Positions 21,901 to 31,146 of a stretch of 64,000 bases of DNA are shown one piece after another. The notes beneath the pieces are model-generated. The model had not been told where the DNA came from and ran no database searches. It worked only from the letters and a program-made list of their open reading frames with translations. The stretch covers positions 800,001 through 864,000 of the forward strand of contig CAVXJS010000021.1 of NCBI GenBank assembly GCA_963762145.1, in the 5' to 3' direction. Each line of letters starts with the position of its first letter. Position 1 is the first letter of the stretch. Source of the stretch: an uncultured Candidatus Rokubacteria bacterium (lineage in GTDB: Bacteria; Methylomirabilota; Methylomirabilia; Rokubacteriales; CSP1-6). Position numbers and translations under genes: made by a program.

Positions 21901-24073
21901 CGGCCTCGGATCCCGCGCGGGAGCGGCGAAACGCGTCCTTCCGAACCATCTCGGCAACGTTAGGGTAGTCACGCTTGACCTCCTCCAGCTTCGCCTTCAC
22001 CTCGCGCAGCTCGTTCACGTCCTCGACCAGCCCCTTCGGGCAGGAGTTGCCGCTGATGACTCGCTCCCAGCCCGCGGCCAGGGGCAGCTTGCTCCACGGG
22101 CGCCCCCTGGCGCCGGGCAGCTGGACGTCGATGAAGGTGCGGGTGCAGTTGATCGGGCACCACTTGCAGACCGTGTCGGCGGCGGTGGTGCTCGTGTAGG
22201 TCAGGGCCGCGATGGCCTCGAAGCCCCGGAAGCGACTCGCGCGGCCGCCCCCGGCCTCGCGCCAGTCGGCGGCGCAGAGCGCGGCGCCGATGGCGCCCGC
22301 CTCGCCCGAATAGGGATGGAGGACCACGTCGGCCTCCGGCACCTTGCCGCGTATGAAGTCCACCTGGGCCTTCACCACCGCCATGTTGCGATGGGTGCCG
22401 CCCTGCAGCACGAACTTGCGCCCGACCGCGCGCAGATTCTGGAGCTGGCCCGCGTAGATCCAGACGTTGACCGGCAGCACCGCGGCCAGCGCGGCCATGA
22501 TCTCCTCCGCGGCCCAGCCCTTGCGCTGCTGGTTGACGATATCGGACTGGAGGAACACGCCGCAGCCCATCGCGAGCGTGGGCATCGCCTTGGCCTCGAA
22601 GGCCTTCTCAGCGTAGGCCTCGAGCGGGATCGCGTAGCGCTCGGCCACGCCCTGGAGGAATGCCCCGTTGCCCGAGGAGCACTGAGAGTTCAGCCGGAAG
22701 TCGGCCACGGTGCCCTGGCGCAGGATCATGATCTTGACGTCGGTGCCGCCCACGTCGCAGATCACGTCCGCGTCGGGGTGGAAGTGGAGCGTGCCGGTGG
22801 CGTGGGCCACCGTCTCGACCACCGCCACGTCGGCGCCGACCACGTCGTTCAGGAGGTCCTTCCCGTACCCGGTGAGCGCGAGTCCACCGACATCCGTGTA
22901 GCCGGCCTCGCGGACCTGGCGGAACAGCGACTGGGCGTCCTCGATCGGATTGCCCTTGGACAGCGCGTAGCAGGTGAAGAGCAGCTCGCGCGCGGGCGAG
23001 AGTACGACCGCCTTGGCGGTGGTGCTGCCGAAGTCGCAGCCGACCAGCACCGGGCCGGCCAGCTCCGCGGCGGCGCACGCCGATGCGGAGCGCTTGAGGT
23101 CGAACTCGGCCACGAACGAGGTGAGATCCTCCGCGCAGGCCACCAGCGCGCCGCCGCCCGCCTTGGCCTTCTCCTCCTGCTGGCCCTCGTCCACCCACCA
23201 GCGCAGCCGGTCGCGGCCCTGGTAGACCGCGACCTCGTCCGCCTCGCCCGCGCCGATCTCGACGCAGCCGAGGCACGCGTAGTAGAGCGCCTCCGCGGGA
23301 ACGGAGATGAGCGACGCGGGGTCGCGCCCCTCCGGCAAGGCCACCTTCCGCTGCGCCCACAGCTTGCCCAGGTGATGACGCCAGGCCTCCTGCAGGCCCT
23401 TGAAGAAGAGGTTCGGACCGCCCAGCAGCAGGACCTCGGGGGCCGGGGTATTGCCCTTGGTGAGCGTGGCGAGGTTCTGGTACACCACCGCCTCGAAGAG
23501 GCTCGCGATGATCTCCTCGACCGGCACCCCGGTCTTCACGAGGGTGTTGGCGTCGGTCTCGGCGAAGATGCCGCACTTGCTGCTGACCTTGTGGAGGCTC
23601 ATGCCCGCGTAGGACAGGATCGCGAGCTGCTCGCTCGCGACCTGGAGCTTGCGCGCGGTCTTCTCGATGAAGGTGCCGGTGCCGCCGCTGCACGCCGACT
23701 GCATGTAGACCTGCTTCGAGCGCCCGATTCCGGTGGGCGTGAAGAAGATCGTCTTCATGTCCTCGCCGCCGATCTCCGACACGAAGCGCACGTCCGGGTG
23801 CAGCCGCTCGACGCACGCGGCGACCGCGACCACCTCCTGGATCATCTTGGCCCCGACCAGCGGGCCCAGCAGGCCCGCGCCCGAGCCGGTGAAGAAGATC
23901 CGGTCGCGGCCGGGCTCGACCTGGGCCTCCTCCTCCATGCGCCCCAGGAACTCGAGCACCTTCTCGGCCTGGCGCGTGTTGTGGCGCTGGTAGTCCTGCC
24001 AGAGGATGCGCCCGTCTTCAAGGGCGACTGCCTTGACGGTGGTCGAACCGACGTCCATGCCGATCAGCTTCAT
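21890..24073 (-). CDS. Tandem BadF/BadG/BcrA/BcrD ATPase (acyl-CoA dehydratase activase) domains, PlsA N-terminal-like
   Basis: Two ASKHA modules: DVGSTTVK...EIGGED...CSGGTG...CGIF and DFGSTTAK...DVGGTD...CSSGNG...CGVF; CKWCPINC...GNSC linker. Confidence 0.9.
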   Translation of the reverse strand: MKLIGMDVGSTTVKAVALEDGRILWQDYQRHNTRQAEKVLEFLGRMEEEAQVEPGRDRIFFTGSGAGLLGPLVGAKMIQEVVAVAACVERLHPDVRFVSEIGGEDMKTIFFTPTGIGRSKQVYMQSACSGGTGTFIEKTARKLQVASEQLAILSYAGMSLHKVSSKCGIFAETDANTLVKTGVPVEEIIASLFEAVVYQNLATLTKGNTPAPEVLLLGGPNLFFKGLQEAWRHHLGKLWAQRKVALPEGRDPASLISVPAEALYYACLGCVEIGAGEADEVAVYQGRDRLRWWVDEGQQEEKAKAGGGALVACAEDLTSFVAEFDLKRSASACAAAELAGPVLVGCDFGSTTAKAVVLSPARELLFTCYALSKGNPIEDAQSLFRQVREAGYTDVGGLALTGYGKDLLNDVVGADVAVVETVAHATGTLHFHPDADVICDVGGTDVKIMILRQGTVADFRLNSQCSSGNGAFLQGVAERYAIPLEAYAEKAFEAKAMPTLAMGCGVFLQSDIVNQQRKGWAAEEIMAALAAVLPVNVWIYAGQLQNLRAVGRKFVLQGGTHRNMAVVKAQVDFIRGKVPEADVVLHPYSGEAGAIGAALCAADWREAGGGRASRFRGFEAIAALTYTSTTAADTVCKWCPINCTRTFIDVQLPGARGRPWSKLPLAAGWERVISGNSCPKGLVEDVNELREVKAKLEEVKRDYPNVAEMVRKDAFRRSRAGSEAVAG

Positions 24074-25615
24074 CAGCTGGCCTTCCGCGCCACGTGCAGC
24101 ACCAGGTTTGCGGCCTGCCCGGCGCATCCCATGTGAGGAACCCGGTAGGTCGCGCGCTTCATCTTCGGATGCGCGTCCAGGTAGGCCCGCACCTGCTCGA
24201 GGGTCATGCCGCTCCGCTCGAGGGCCTCGTCGAACTCGCGCTGCGCCCGCTTCCTGGCCTCGGTCAGGATCATCTGGCAGCGGGAGAGCGCGTGCACCTC
24301 CGCGTCGCCCTTGATCTCGAGCGGGGCATAGAGCAGGTCGGGGTACTTGCCGATCACGCCCGCCATCGCCCCGATGGACATCGTGTTGGGCATGCACGAG
24401 TAGGGCGACAGCTCGCAGATCATGTGGGCCTTCTTCTTCTGGTGCGCCCAGATCGCCTTGCCCACCAGCATGTCGCCCTCGCCGCCGTCGAGGCGGCTAT
24501 GGAAGTAGGGCGCGGCCAGCTTCCGGAGCTCGAGCTGGTACGGCAGCTCGTGCGGCAGGTTGCCCATGGCCCGGCGCAGCCGGTTGAAGGTGGCGCGGTA
24601 GATGGCCTGCACCGCGCGCCCGAGCCCGAGCTTGAGCCGCGCGCCCTTCTCGATGCCGGAGTAGTCCTCGAAGCGCTGCAGCCCCAGCCGCAGCAGGTAG
24701 TCCATCCAAACCGTGATGCCGGCCGGATAGACCTCGGCGCCCTCCGCCTCGAGCCAGCGGTGGATGTTGTAGTTGGGATCGCCCTCGACGGTCTGGAGGT
24801 AGAACTCGCCGGTGATCTTCACGGTCGGCTTCACCCGCAGGCGATCCACCTCGATGGCGTCGAACTTCGCCCGCACCTGCCGCATCGCCCGGGCGAAGTA
24901 GCCGGTGGTCAGGAACCAGAAGACCGAGCGCCACGGCCCCCGCTTGGGCCGGTTCCGGAACGCCTGGTAGAGGAGCTCGACCGACTCCTTGACCACCGCC
25001 TCGGTCTGCCCGGGCACGACCTCGTACGGGCGGACCTGGTACTCGAGGTCTTGCACCAGGTCCGTGCAGAAGATCGCCCAGAGGCAGCCGAGCGTGACCG
25101 GCAAGGTTGAGATCGAGCCCGTCGCCCATCGCCGCCTTCTGGTCGAGCTGATCCTGGGCGAGGAGGAACATGCGGAAGGCGTCGAGCCCGGAATTGCGCA
25201 GGGCCAGCTCGTAGCTCTGGTGGTACTGGCCGAAGCGGCACGCCCCGCACGAGCCCGCGGTGAGGTAGACGAACTTCTGGTTCACCTCCTCGGCGCCGAT
25301 CTGCTTCGACTTGGTCTTGAGGAAGTTGACCAGGTTGCCGGTGGTGAAGCTGGTCGGGCAGCACTGGCCGATGTCGGCGACCTCGCGGCCGGTGAGGAGA
25401 TCGTCCCGCGTGGCTACCGGCAGGACCTGCGCCCGGTGCCCGCCGCTCTCCAGCACCGCCTGCAGGATCCGCTCGACACGCCAGTGCAGGCCGCCGAAGA
25501 GGATCGTCACCGACTCGCGCTCGGCGCGGGTGAACGGGCGCGGGGTGTAGGCGCGGTAGTGGCCGGCCGCGGCCTGCGGTTCGCCTGGGCGGCGCTCAGT
25601 GGTTGCCGTTGCCAT
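24073..25615 (-). CDS. 2-hydroxyacyl-CoA dehydratase-like protein (PlsR-like); frameshift about 25104
   Basis: GQCCPT, GSCGACRFGQY, ITGEFY, GEG, SPYSCMPN, EIKGD; its stop overlaps the activase start (TGATG). Confidence 0.82.
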
Positions 25616-26432
25616 TGCGTCCTCCGTGTGGCGGCGCGGGAGCGCGGTCGGCGCCCCCTGCGTGCCGATCCATCCAGGACTCGAGGAGCTGCACCGTCTC
25701 GAAGCCGGGCAGACGCCGGATCGTCTCATCCACCTTGCGCGCCGCGGCCAGCCCCTCGGGCCCTCCGAAGAGATACGTGGCCAGGAAGCGCAGCTCGGCA
25801 TCGGGCTGGACTCCGCTGCCGACCGGGGCCCAGAACCGGTCAACCAGGAAGCGCGCGGTTCGCGCGACGCCGCGGCGCCCGAGGCGCAGCTCCGCCTGGC
25901 GGTAGTAGAAGAAGAAATGCCGCGATTCGTCGAGCGCGATGCGCTCGAGCAGATCCGTGAGCACCGGGTGATCGGTCAGGGCGGCCAGGCGCCGGTATCC
26001 GGTGAGCGTGGTCAGCTCGTTGATCGCGCCCCAGGTCATGTGGACCGCGCAGAAGCTGGGCCAGGCCTTCGACACCATCGCGGTCGCCGCCGCCTCCACC
26101 CGCTTCGCCCAGCTCTCCTGCCCGCGGGGCAGCGCACGCGCGCCCACCGGCGTGCCGGCAGCCTGCAGGAAGCGCTGGATGGCCAGGCCGTGGAAGGTCT
26201 CCTCGTAGACCCAGCAGGCGAGGAAGGTGGCGACGTCCGGATCGTCGACGGCGCGGGTGGCCAGCAGCGAGCGGAGGTAGATGATGGTGTGGCTCTCGAT
26301 GTCCTGCATGAAGCGCATGGTGCGCAGGGCCTCGGGAGGGACGGCATGCCGAGGGACCGCGGCCCAGTCGATGGCCGCTAGGTCCACCGCCCTCGAACGC
26401 CCGACATAGCTGTCGATGTCGAAAGCAGGCAT
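25596..26432 (-). CDS. Ferritin-like di-iron carboxylate protein (acyl-ACP desaturase-like fold)
   Basis: E (DIESH)...EETFH...E (AINE)...DESRH four-helix-bundle ligand pattern; overlaps the next gene by 20 nt. Confidence 0.8.
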   Translation of the reverse strand: MPAFDIDSYVGRSRAVDLAAIDWAAVPRHAVPPEALRTMRFMQDIESHTIIYLRSLLATRAVDDPDVATFLACWVYEETFHGLAIQRFLQAAGTPVGARALPRGQESWAKRVEAAATAMVSKAWPSFCAVHMTWGAINELTTLTGYRRLAALTDHPVLTDLLERIALDESRHFFFYYRQAELRLGRRGVARTARFLVDRFWAPVGSGVQPDAELRFLATYLFGGPEGLAAARKVDETIRRLPGFETVQLLESWMDRHAGGADRAPAPPHGGRNGNGNH

Positions 26433-26444
26433 CGCTCGCCTCAA

Positions 26445-26473
26445 GTCATACGACACTGCCGGTGGTATTTCAA
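26445..26473 (-). promoter_or_regulatory. Sigma-70 promoter for the ferritin-like / PlsR / PlsA-like operon
   Basis: TTGAAA-17 nt-TATGAC, ending 12 nt before the ATG at 26432. Confidence 0.55.
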
Positions 26474-26538
26474 TGCCCGAACCTCCCCGACCGCTGGGAC
26501 TCCCTGCCCTGAACTACGGGCCGAGAGGGGAACCGGAT

Positions 26539-27156
26539 CTACGAGGAGGGGCAGTGCGCCCGGACCAGGTCGGCGAGGTTACCGCCGCGGGGGACCGGGT
26601 CCAGCGGGCCGACCACCGCCCGGTGGCGGACGATGCCGTCGCGGTCCACCAGGAAAATGCCCTGCTCCATGGCGGTCATGGCGTGGTGGTGGAGCCGGCG
26701 GACGAAGTTCCGGTTCATGACGTCCAGCCAGGCGCCCCGGACCTGCGGACCCGTGTCGCCATGAGTGAACGCGTAGGAGAAGCTCACCACCGCCGAACGC
26801 GTCGCCTCGAGGGCGCCCCGGTCCCCGAGGCCGTAGACCGCGAAGAGGCGCTTGTCGGGATCGCAGACGAAGGGGTAGGGGGTGGGGCTATGGCCGAAGA
26901 AGATGCGGGCGGACTGGAGCAGGTTGGGACCGACCTGGATGATCTCGGCCTCCGCGGCCCGGAGCAGATCGTAACCCTCGCGCATGCCGTCCATGTAGAC
27001 CCGGCAGAACGGGCAGGTGAACCCGCGAGAGAACCAGACCACGACATTGCGGCGCCCGCGATACGCGGCGAGCTCCACCGGATCGCCCTGGACCGAGGTC
27101 AGGCTGAAGAGCGGCGCCGGCTGGCCGACGGCCGCAGGCTCGGGAACGGACGCCAC
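26539..27156 (-). CDS. AhpC/TSA peroxiredoxin-like (thioredoxin-fold) protein
   Basis: GQPAPLFSL, SRGFTCPFC, PFVCDPDKRLFAVYG, GIFLVDRDG. Confidence 0.82.
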   Translation of the reverse strand: MASVPEPAAVGQPAPLFSLTSVQGDPVELAAYRGRRNVVVWFSRGFTCPFCRVYMDGMREGYDLLRAAEAEIIQVGPNLLQSARIFFGHSPTPYPFVCDPDKRLFAVYGLGDRGALEATRSAVVSFSYAFTHGDTGPQVRGAWLDVMNRNFVRRLHHHAMTAMEQGIFLVDRDGIVRHRAVVGPLDPVPRGGNLADLVRAHCPSS

Positions 27157-27247
27157 GGGCCCACGATAGCACGCGGCCCGCAAGGTCTCGCCCAGATTGA
27201 ATTTATTGACGTAGGCGGCCCGGGCTCGCTACCCTTCCGGGTAACCG

Positions 27248-27946
27248 GTGAACCCCATCAAAGTCGTGTACCACTTCGGGTTTCCAGACGGGGGCTCTAA
27301 GGCCTATACCGTCGAGCTGGACCGCGCCACCCTCTCTTATCTGCCCTCGGTAGCCGAGCAGCCGCCCGCGTGGGCGCGGCTCGAGAACCACCAATGCGGC
27401 CATTGCCCGCTAAAACCGGCCGAGCATCCCTACTGCCCGGTGGCCACCAATCTCTCCACCCTGGTGGAGTTCTTCAAGGACAAGGCCTCGGTAGCGGAGG
27501 CGACGGTCACGGTGACGACCGAGGAGCGGACCTACGTCAAGCAGCTCTCGCTCCAGCGGGGTATCTTCGGCATCTTCGGCCTCGTCATGGCCACCAGCTC
27601 CTGCCCGTACATGGACTTCCTCAAGCCGATGGCCCGCTTCCACCTGCCGTTCTCGACGGCGGAGGAAACCATCGTTCGCTCGGTCTCCATGTACCTCCTG
27701 CGCCAGTATTTCGTGGCCAAGCGGGGCGAGCAGCCCGATCTGGGTCTCGAGCACCTCGAGACGCACTACGGGAACATCCAGCAGGTGAACGACGGCATTC
27801 TGGAGCGCATCAAGGGTGTCGTGGAAAACGACGCCGACCTCAACGCCCTCATCATCCTCCAGGGCTTCGCCGACCTCCTGACCATGGCGATCTCGAAGGA
27901 TCTCTCCAAGATCGAGCCGCTCTTCTTTAGATCGGAGGGGGCCTAG
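27248..27946 (+). CDS. Conserved hypothetical Cys-containing protein (DUF6901-like)
   Basis: WARLENHQCGHCPL...CPVA, MATSSCP, KPMARFHLPF; TTGACG-18-TACCCT promoter upstream. Confidence 0.7.
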   Translation: MNPIKVVYHFGFPDGGSKAYTVELDRATLSYLPSVAEQPPAWARLENHQCGHCPLKPAEHPYCPVATNLSTLVEFFKDKASVAEATVTVTTEERTYVKQLSLQRGIFGIFGLVMATSSCPYMDFLKPMARFHLPFSTAEETIVRSVSMYLLRQYFVAKRGEQPDLGLEHLETHYGNIQQVNDGILERIKGVVENDADLNALIILQGFADLLTMAISKDLSKIEPLFFRSEGA

Positions 27947-27970
27947 GCGACCCCCTCCGAACCTCCCCCA
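27932..27970 (+). repeat. Palindromic repeat, family A, overlapping the stop codon of the upstream gene
   Basis: TCGGAGGGGG-9 nt-CCCCCTCCGA perfect 10-bp stem followed by ACCTCCCCCA. Confidence 0.7.
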
Positions 27971-28031
27971 CGACAGACTGCGCCGGCAAAGCCAGCGCTC
28001 GAACAGAACCAGCCGGCACCGGGACCGTGGG

Positions 28032-28188
28032 CTAGCGGCCGTCGTTCTCCCCTGGGCACAACCGTGATTCGGCCGCTCTAGCGGCCGTCGTTCTCCCCTG
28101 GGCACAACCGTGATTCGGCCGCTCTAGCGGCCGTCGTTCTCCCCTGGGCACAACCGTGATTCGGCCGCTCTAGCGGCCGTCGTTCTCC
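28032..28188. repeat. Perfect 46-bp tandem repeat, 3 copies plus 19 bp
   Basis: Unit CTAGCGGCCGTCGTTCTCCCCTGGGCACAACCGTGATTCGGCCGCT at 28032, 28078 and 28124; partial copy at 28170. Confidence 0.95.
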
Positions 28189-29102
28189 AGCACCTCCCGG
28201 ATCTGCTCGACGGGCACCGCGATCTTCACGCCCGCGCGCTCTTCCTGCAGCAGCATGGCCACGCGCGAGTCTCGCTCGCTCCAGCCGCGGTTGATCGCCT
28301 CGGTGAGCTCTTCCAGAGCCAGGTTGGCCATCCGCATCGGCACGCCCAGCTCCCGGCCCAGGCCGACGGCCAGCGAGACGTCCTTGTGGCTCAGCCGCAG
28401 GCTGAACGCGGGCGGATCGAACGTGCCGGGCAGGAACTGGTCGGCGAGCCCGTCGAAGGTGCGGCGCCGCCCGCCCGCCCCCTGCCGCACCGCCTTCCAG
28501 AGCGTGAGCGCGTCCACCCCGCCCTTGACGCCCATCGTGAACACCTCCGCGAGCGCGGTCTGCACCGCGTACCCCGCGCAGTTGTGCACGAGCTTGGCGA
28601 CCGAGCCGGCCCCGATCGGCCCCACGTAGTAGGGCTGATCCCCGATGGCGTCCAGCACCGGCTTGAAGCGGTCGTAGACCTCCCGGTCGCCGCCGATCCA
28701 CAGCGCGAGCTTCCGTGACTTGGCGCCCTTGGGCCCGCCGCTCACCGGCGCGTCGAGCACGTGGATGCCCTTCTCCTTGAACGCGGGGTAGAGCCGCCGC
28801 ATCAGGGCGGGCGAGTTCGTGCTCAGATCAAAATAGGCCGCGCCCTTCTTCATGCCGTGGATGAGGCCGTCCGGCCCGAGGGCGACCTGCTCCACTTCCT
28901 TCGGCCCGGGGAGCGACGTGAAGACGACCTCCACGCCCTCGGCCACCTGGCGCGGCGTGTCCTTCCAGGTCGCACCCGCCTTGAGATGCGGCGCCGCCGC
29001 TTCCTTGCGCACGTCGCTCACCTGCAGCTCGTGACCGCCCGCCTGAAGATTGGACGCCATGCTGGCGCCCATGGTTCCCAGCCCGATGAACCCGACCTTC
29101 AT
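28170..29102 (-). CDS. NAD(P)-dependent beta-hydroxyacid dehydrogenase (3-hydroxyisobutyrate / tartronate semialdehyde reductase family)
   Basis: GFIGLGTMG, DAPVSGG, AKLVHN, KD. Confidence 0.92.
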   Translation of the reverse strand: MKVGFIGLGTMGASMASNLQAGGHELQVSDVRKEAAAPHLKAGATWKDTPRQVAEGVEVVFTSLPGPKEVEQVALGPDGLIHGMKKGAAYFDLSTNSPALMRRLYPAFKEKGIHVLDAPVSGGPKGAKSRKLALWIGGDREVYDRFKPVLDAIGDQPYYVGPIGAGSVAKLVHNCAGYAVQTALAEVFTMGVKGGVDALTLWKAVRQGAGGRRRTFDGLADQFLPGTFDPPAFSLRLSHKDVSLAVGLGRELGVPMRMANLALEELTEAINRGWSERDSRVAMLLQEERAGVKIAVPVEQIREVLENDGR

Positions 29103-29431
29103 GCCTTTTTCTCCTCGTAGACCTGCTTGACGACCTTCGCCGCGGACATCGCGCTGGGCCAGCCCGCGTAGAACGCCAGATGGGTGATGAGCTCGCCGAT
29201 CTCCTCCTTGGTGACGCCGTTGGCGAGCGCCCGCTCGGTGTGGCCCTTGAGCTGGTCGGGCCGATACATCGCCATCAGGGCCGCCACCGTGATGAGGCTC
29301 CGGTCGCGCTTGGAGAGGCCGGGGCGCTCCCAGATATCCGGATAGACCAGGGTCTCGGTCAGCTCGATGAGCCTGGGAGCGACCGTGCGGACCTCGTTGC
29401 GAGACGCCGATACCGCGGCTGGTAGGGTCAT
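29099..29431 (-). CDS. Carboxymuconolactone decarboxylase family protein
   Basis: IWERPGLSKRDRSLITVAAL...THLAFYAGWPSA; AGGAGG SD. Confidence 0.9.
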   Translation of the reverse strand: MTLPAAVSASRNEVRTVAPRLIELTETLVYPDIWERPGLSKRDRSLITVAALMAMYRPDQLKGHTERALANGVTKEEIGELITHLAFYAGWPSAMSAAKVVKQVYEEKKA

Positions 29432-29530
29432 GCGGGCTCCTCCTCCTGAGAGCGGTCGTGCGCGTTCAAGTGGGCCTTCCGTGTCAACGGGAAACGCGTA
29501 GAATCCTGCCACGGGAAAGGAGACTTGACC

Positions 29531-30295
29531 ATGCCCAATGCGCCCTACCGCATCTACGCCGTGCGCTACGCCCATCGCAAGTGCACCACCTCGGAGGCGT
29601 TCTACGGCGACTACCACCAGGCGCCCATGACGATGGACTACTTCGTCTGGGCGCTCACCAACGGCACCGAGACGGTGGTGGTGGACCTCGGCTTCACGGA
29701 GGACGTCGGCACGCGGCGGGGCCGCCAGTTCCTGCGCTGTCCGGGCAACGGCCTGGCCGAGATCGGGGTGGAGGCGGACTCGGTGAAGCACGTGATCCTG
29801 AGCCACTTCCACTACGACCACGTGGGCAACTACGCGCTCTTCCCCAACGCCACCTTCTACGTGCAGGACTCGGAGATGGCGTTCTACACCGGCCGCAACG
29901 CGGCCCTGCCCGCCTTCCGCCATTCGGTGGAGGTGGACGACGTGTGCGCGCTCATCCGCCTCAACTACGACAAGCGCATGCAGTTCGTGGACGGCTCACG
30001 CGAGATCGTGCCCGGCATCGCGGTGCACCACGTGGGCGGCCACACCGCGGGGATGCAGATCGTCTCGGTGGCGCACGCGCGCGGCCAGGCGGTGGTCGCC
30101 TCCGACGCTTCGCACTACTACCGCAACTTCGAGGAGCGCATCCCCTTCAACACCCTTCACGATCTGCCGCGCATGTACTCTGCGTTCGACAAGATCCGCT
30201 CGCTCGCGTCGTCGGAGGACCTGGTGCTGCCCGGTCACGACCCGCTGGTGCTCGAACGGCTCAAGAAGGTAGGCGACGGGATCGTGGAGATGTAA
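29531..30295 (+). CDS. N-acyl-homoserine lactonase-like metallo-beta-lactamase fold hydrolase
   Basis: SHFHYDHVG (HxHxDH), GGHTAG, SDASH, PGHD. Confidence 0.85.
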   Translation: MPNAPYRIYAVRYAHRKCTTSEAFYGDYHQAPMTMDYFVWALTNGTETVVVDLGFTEDVGTRRGRQFLRCPGNGLAEIGVEADSVKHVILSHFHYDHVGNYALFPNATFYVQDSEMAFYTGRNAALPAFRHSVEVDDVCALIRLNYDKRMQFVDGSREIVPGIAVHHVGGHTAGMQIVSVAHARGQAVVASDASHYYRNFEERIPFNTLHDLPRMYSAFDKIRSLASSEDLVLPGHDPLVLERLKKVGDGIVEM

Positions 30296-31118
30296 ATCTG
30301 GTGGCGTAGGCGCGGGTGAACTCCGCGCCGAAGAGGACGATTTGCGCCGAGTAGTAGACCCAGGCGAGGATGAGGATGACCCAGCCCGCCGCGCCGTAGG
30401 CGGCCCCGACCTCGCTGGTACCGAGATAGGCGCCGATCGCCAGCTTGCCGACAAAGAAGAGCCCGGCGGTGACCCCGGCACCCAGCCACACTTCGCGCCA
30501 CCGGATCGACGCGTCCGGCAGCAGCTTGAAGATCATCGCGAAGAGCAGCGTGTGCATCAGCATCGAGCCGAGGAAGTCGGCCAGCTCGAGCATGGGGCGG
30601 ATCGCCGGCAGCCAGCCCCACCCGTAGCGGCCGAAGGCGGCGACCACGGCGCTCAGAACCAGCGAGACGCTCAGCAGGAAGCCGGTGCCCAGCACCGCCG
30701 TGAACGACAGGAAGCGCGCCCGGACCATGTCCCAGATACCGCTGTGGGTCTCGGGCTCCACATCCCAGACCTTGTTCAGCGCCGACTGAAGCTGGCTGAA
30801 CGCGCTGGTCGAGCCGAAGAGCAGCACCAGGAGCCCGAGGAGGGTGGCCCGCCCGCCGGCGTCTTGCCGCCCGGCGCTCTCGATCAGCGACTGGATCGCG
30901 CTGGCGCCTTCCTCGCCGACCAGCCCGCGGATCTGCGAGACGATCTCGCCCTGCGCCGCCTCTTGGCCAAACACCGAGCCGGCCACCGCGATCGCGATGA
31001 CCAGGACGGGAGCCAACGAGAAGACGGTGTAGTAGGCCAGCGCCGCCCCGAGCGTCAGGCAGTCGTCGGCATTCCACTTGATCGCCGCGCGCTTGATCAG
31101 CCCCCAGGCCACGATCAC
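30261..31118 (-). CDS. YihY/BrkB family membrane protein
   Basis: GAALAYYTVFSLAP, AYGAAG, WVYYSAQIVLFGAEF; 3' end overlaps the convergent gene. Confidence 0.92.
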   Translation of the reverse strand: MIVAWGLIKRAAIKWNADDCLTLGAALAYYTVFSLAPVLVIAIAVAGSVFGQEAAQGEIVSQIRGLVGEEGASAIQSLIESAGRQDAGGRATLLGLLVLLFGSTSAFSQLQSALNKVWDVEPETHSGIWDMVRARFLSFTAVLGTGFLLSVSLVLSAVVAAFGRYGWGWLPAIRPMLELADFLGSMLMHTLLFAMIFKLLPDASIRWREVWLGAGVTAGLFFVGKLAIGAYLGTSEVGAAYGAAGWVILILAWVYYSAQIVLFGAEFTRAYATRFTSPRSRRLPS

Positions 31119-31130
31119 GGTCAAGAGCCT

Positions 31131-31146
31131 CGCAAGGCGCGTGCCG
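31131..31146 (-). promoter_or_regulatory. Putative sigma-54 promoter (YihY gene)
   Basis: CGGCAC-GCGCC-TTGCG, GG-N10-GC, filling the short intergenic gap. Confidence 0.6.

Noticed and set aside
26539-27156. Selenoprotein peroxiredoxin
   Set aside because: The active site is CPFC with no in-frame TGA.
28032-28188. CRISPR array
   Set aside because: The intervening sequences are identical, so there are no unique spacers; the repeat is the end of a gene, and no cas genes are present.
30261-30295. 35-nt convergent overlap as an antisense regulatory system
   Set aside because: Short tail-to-tail overlaps are common, and there is no further support.
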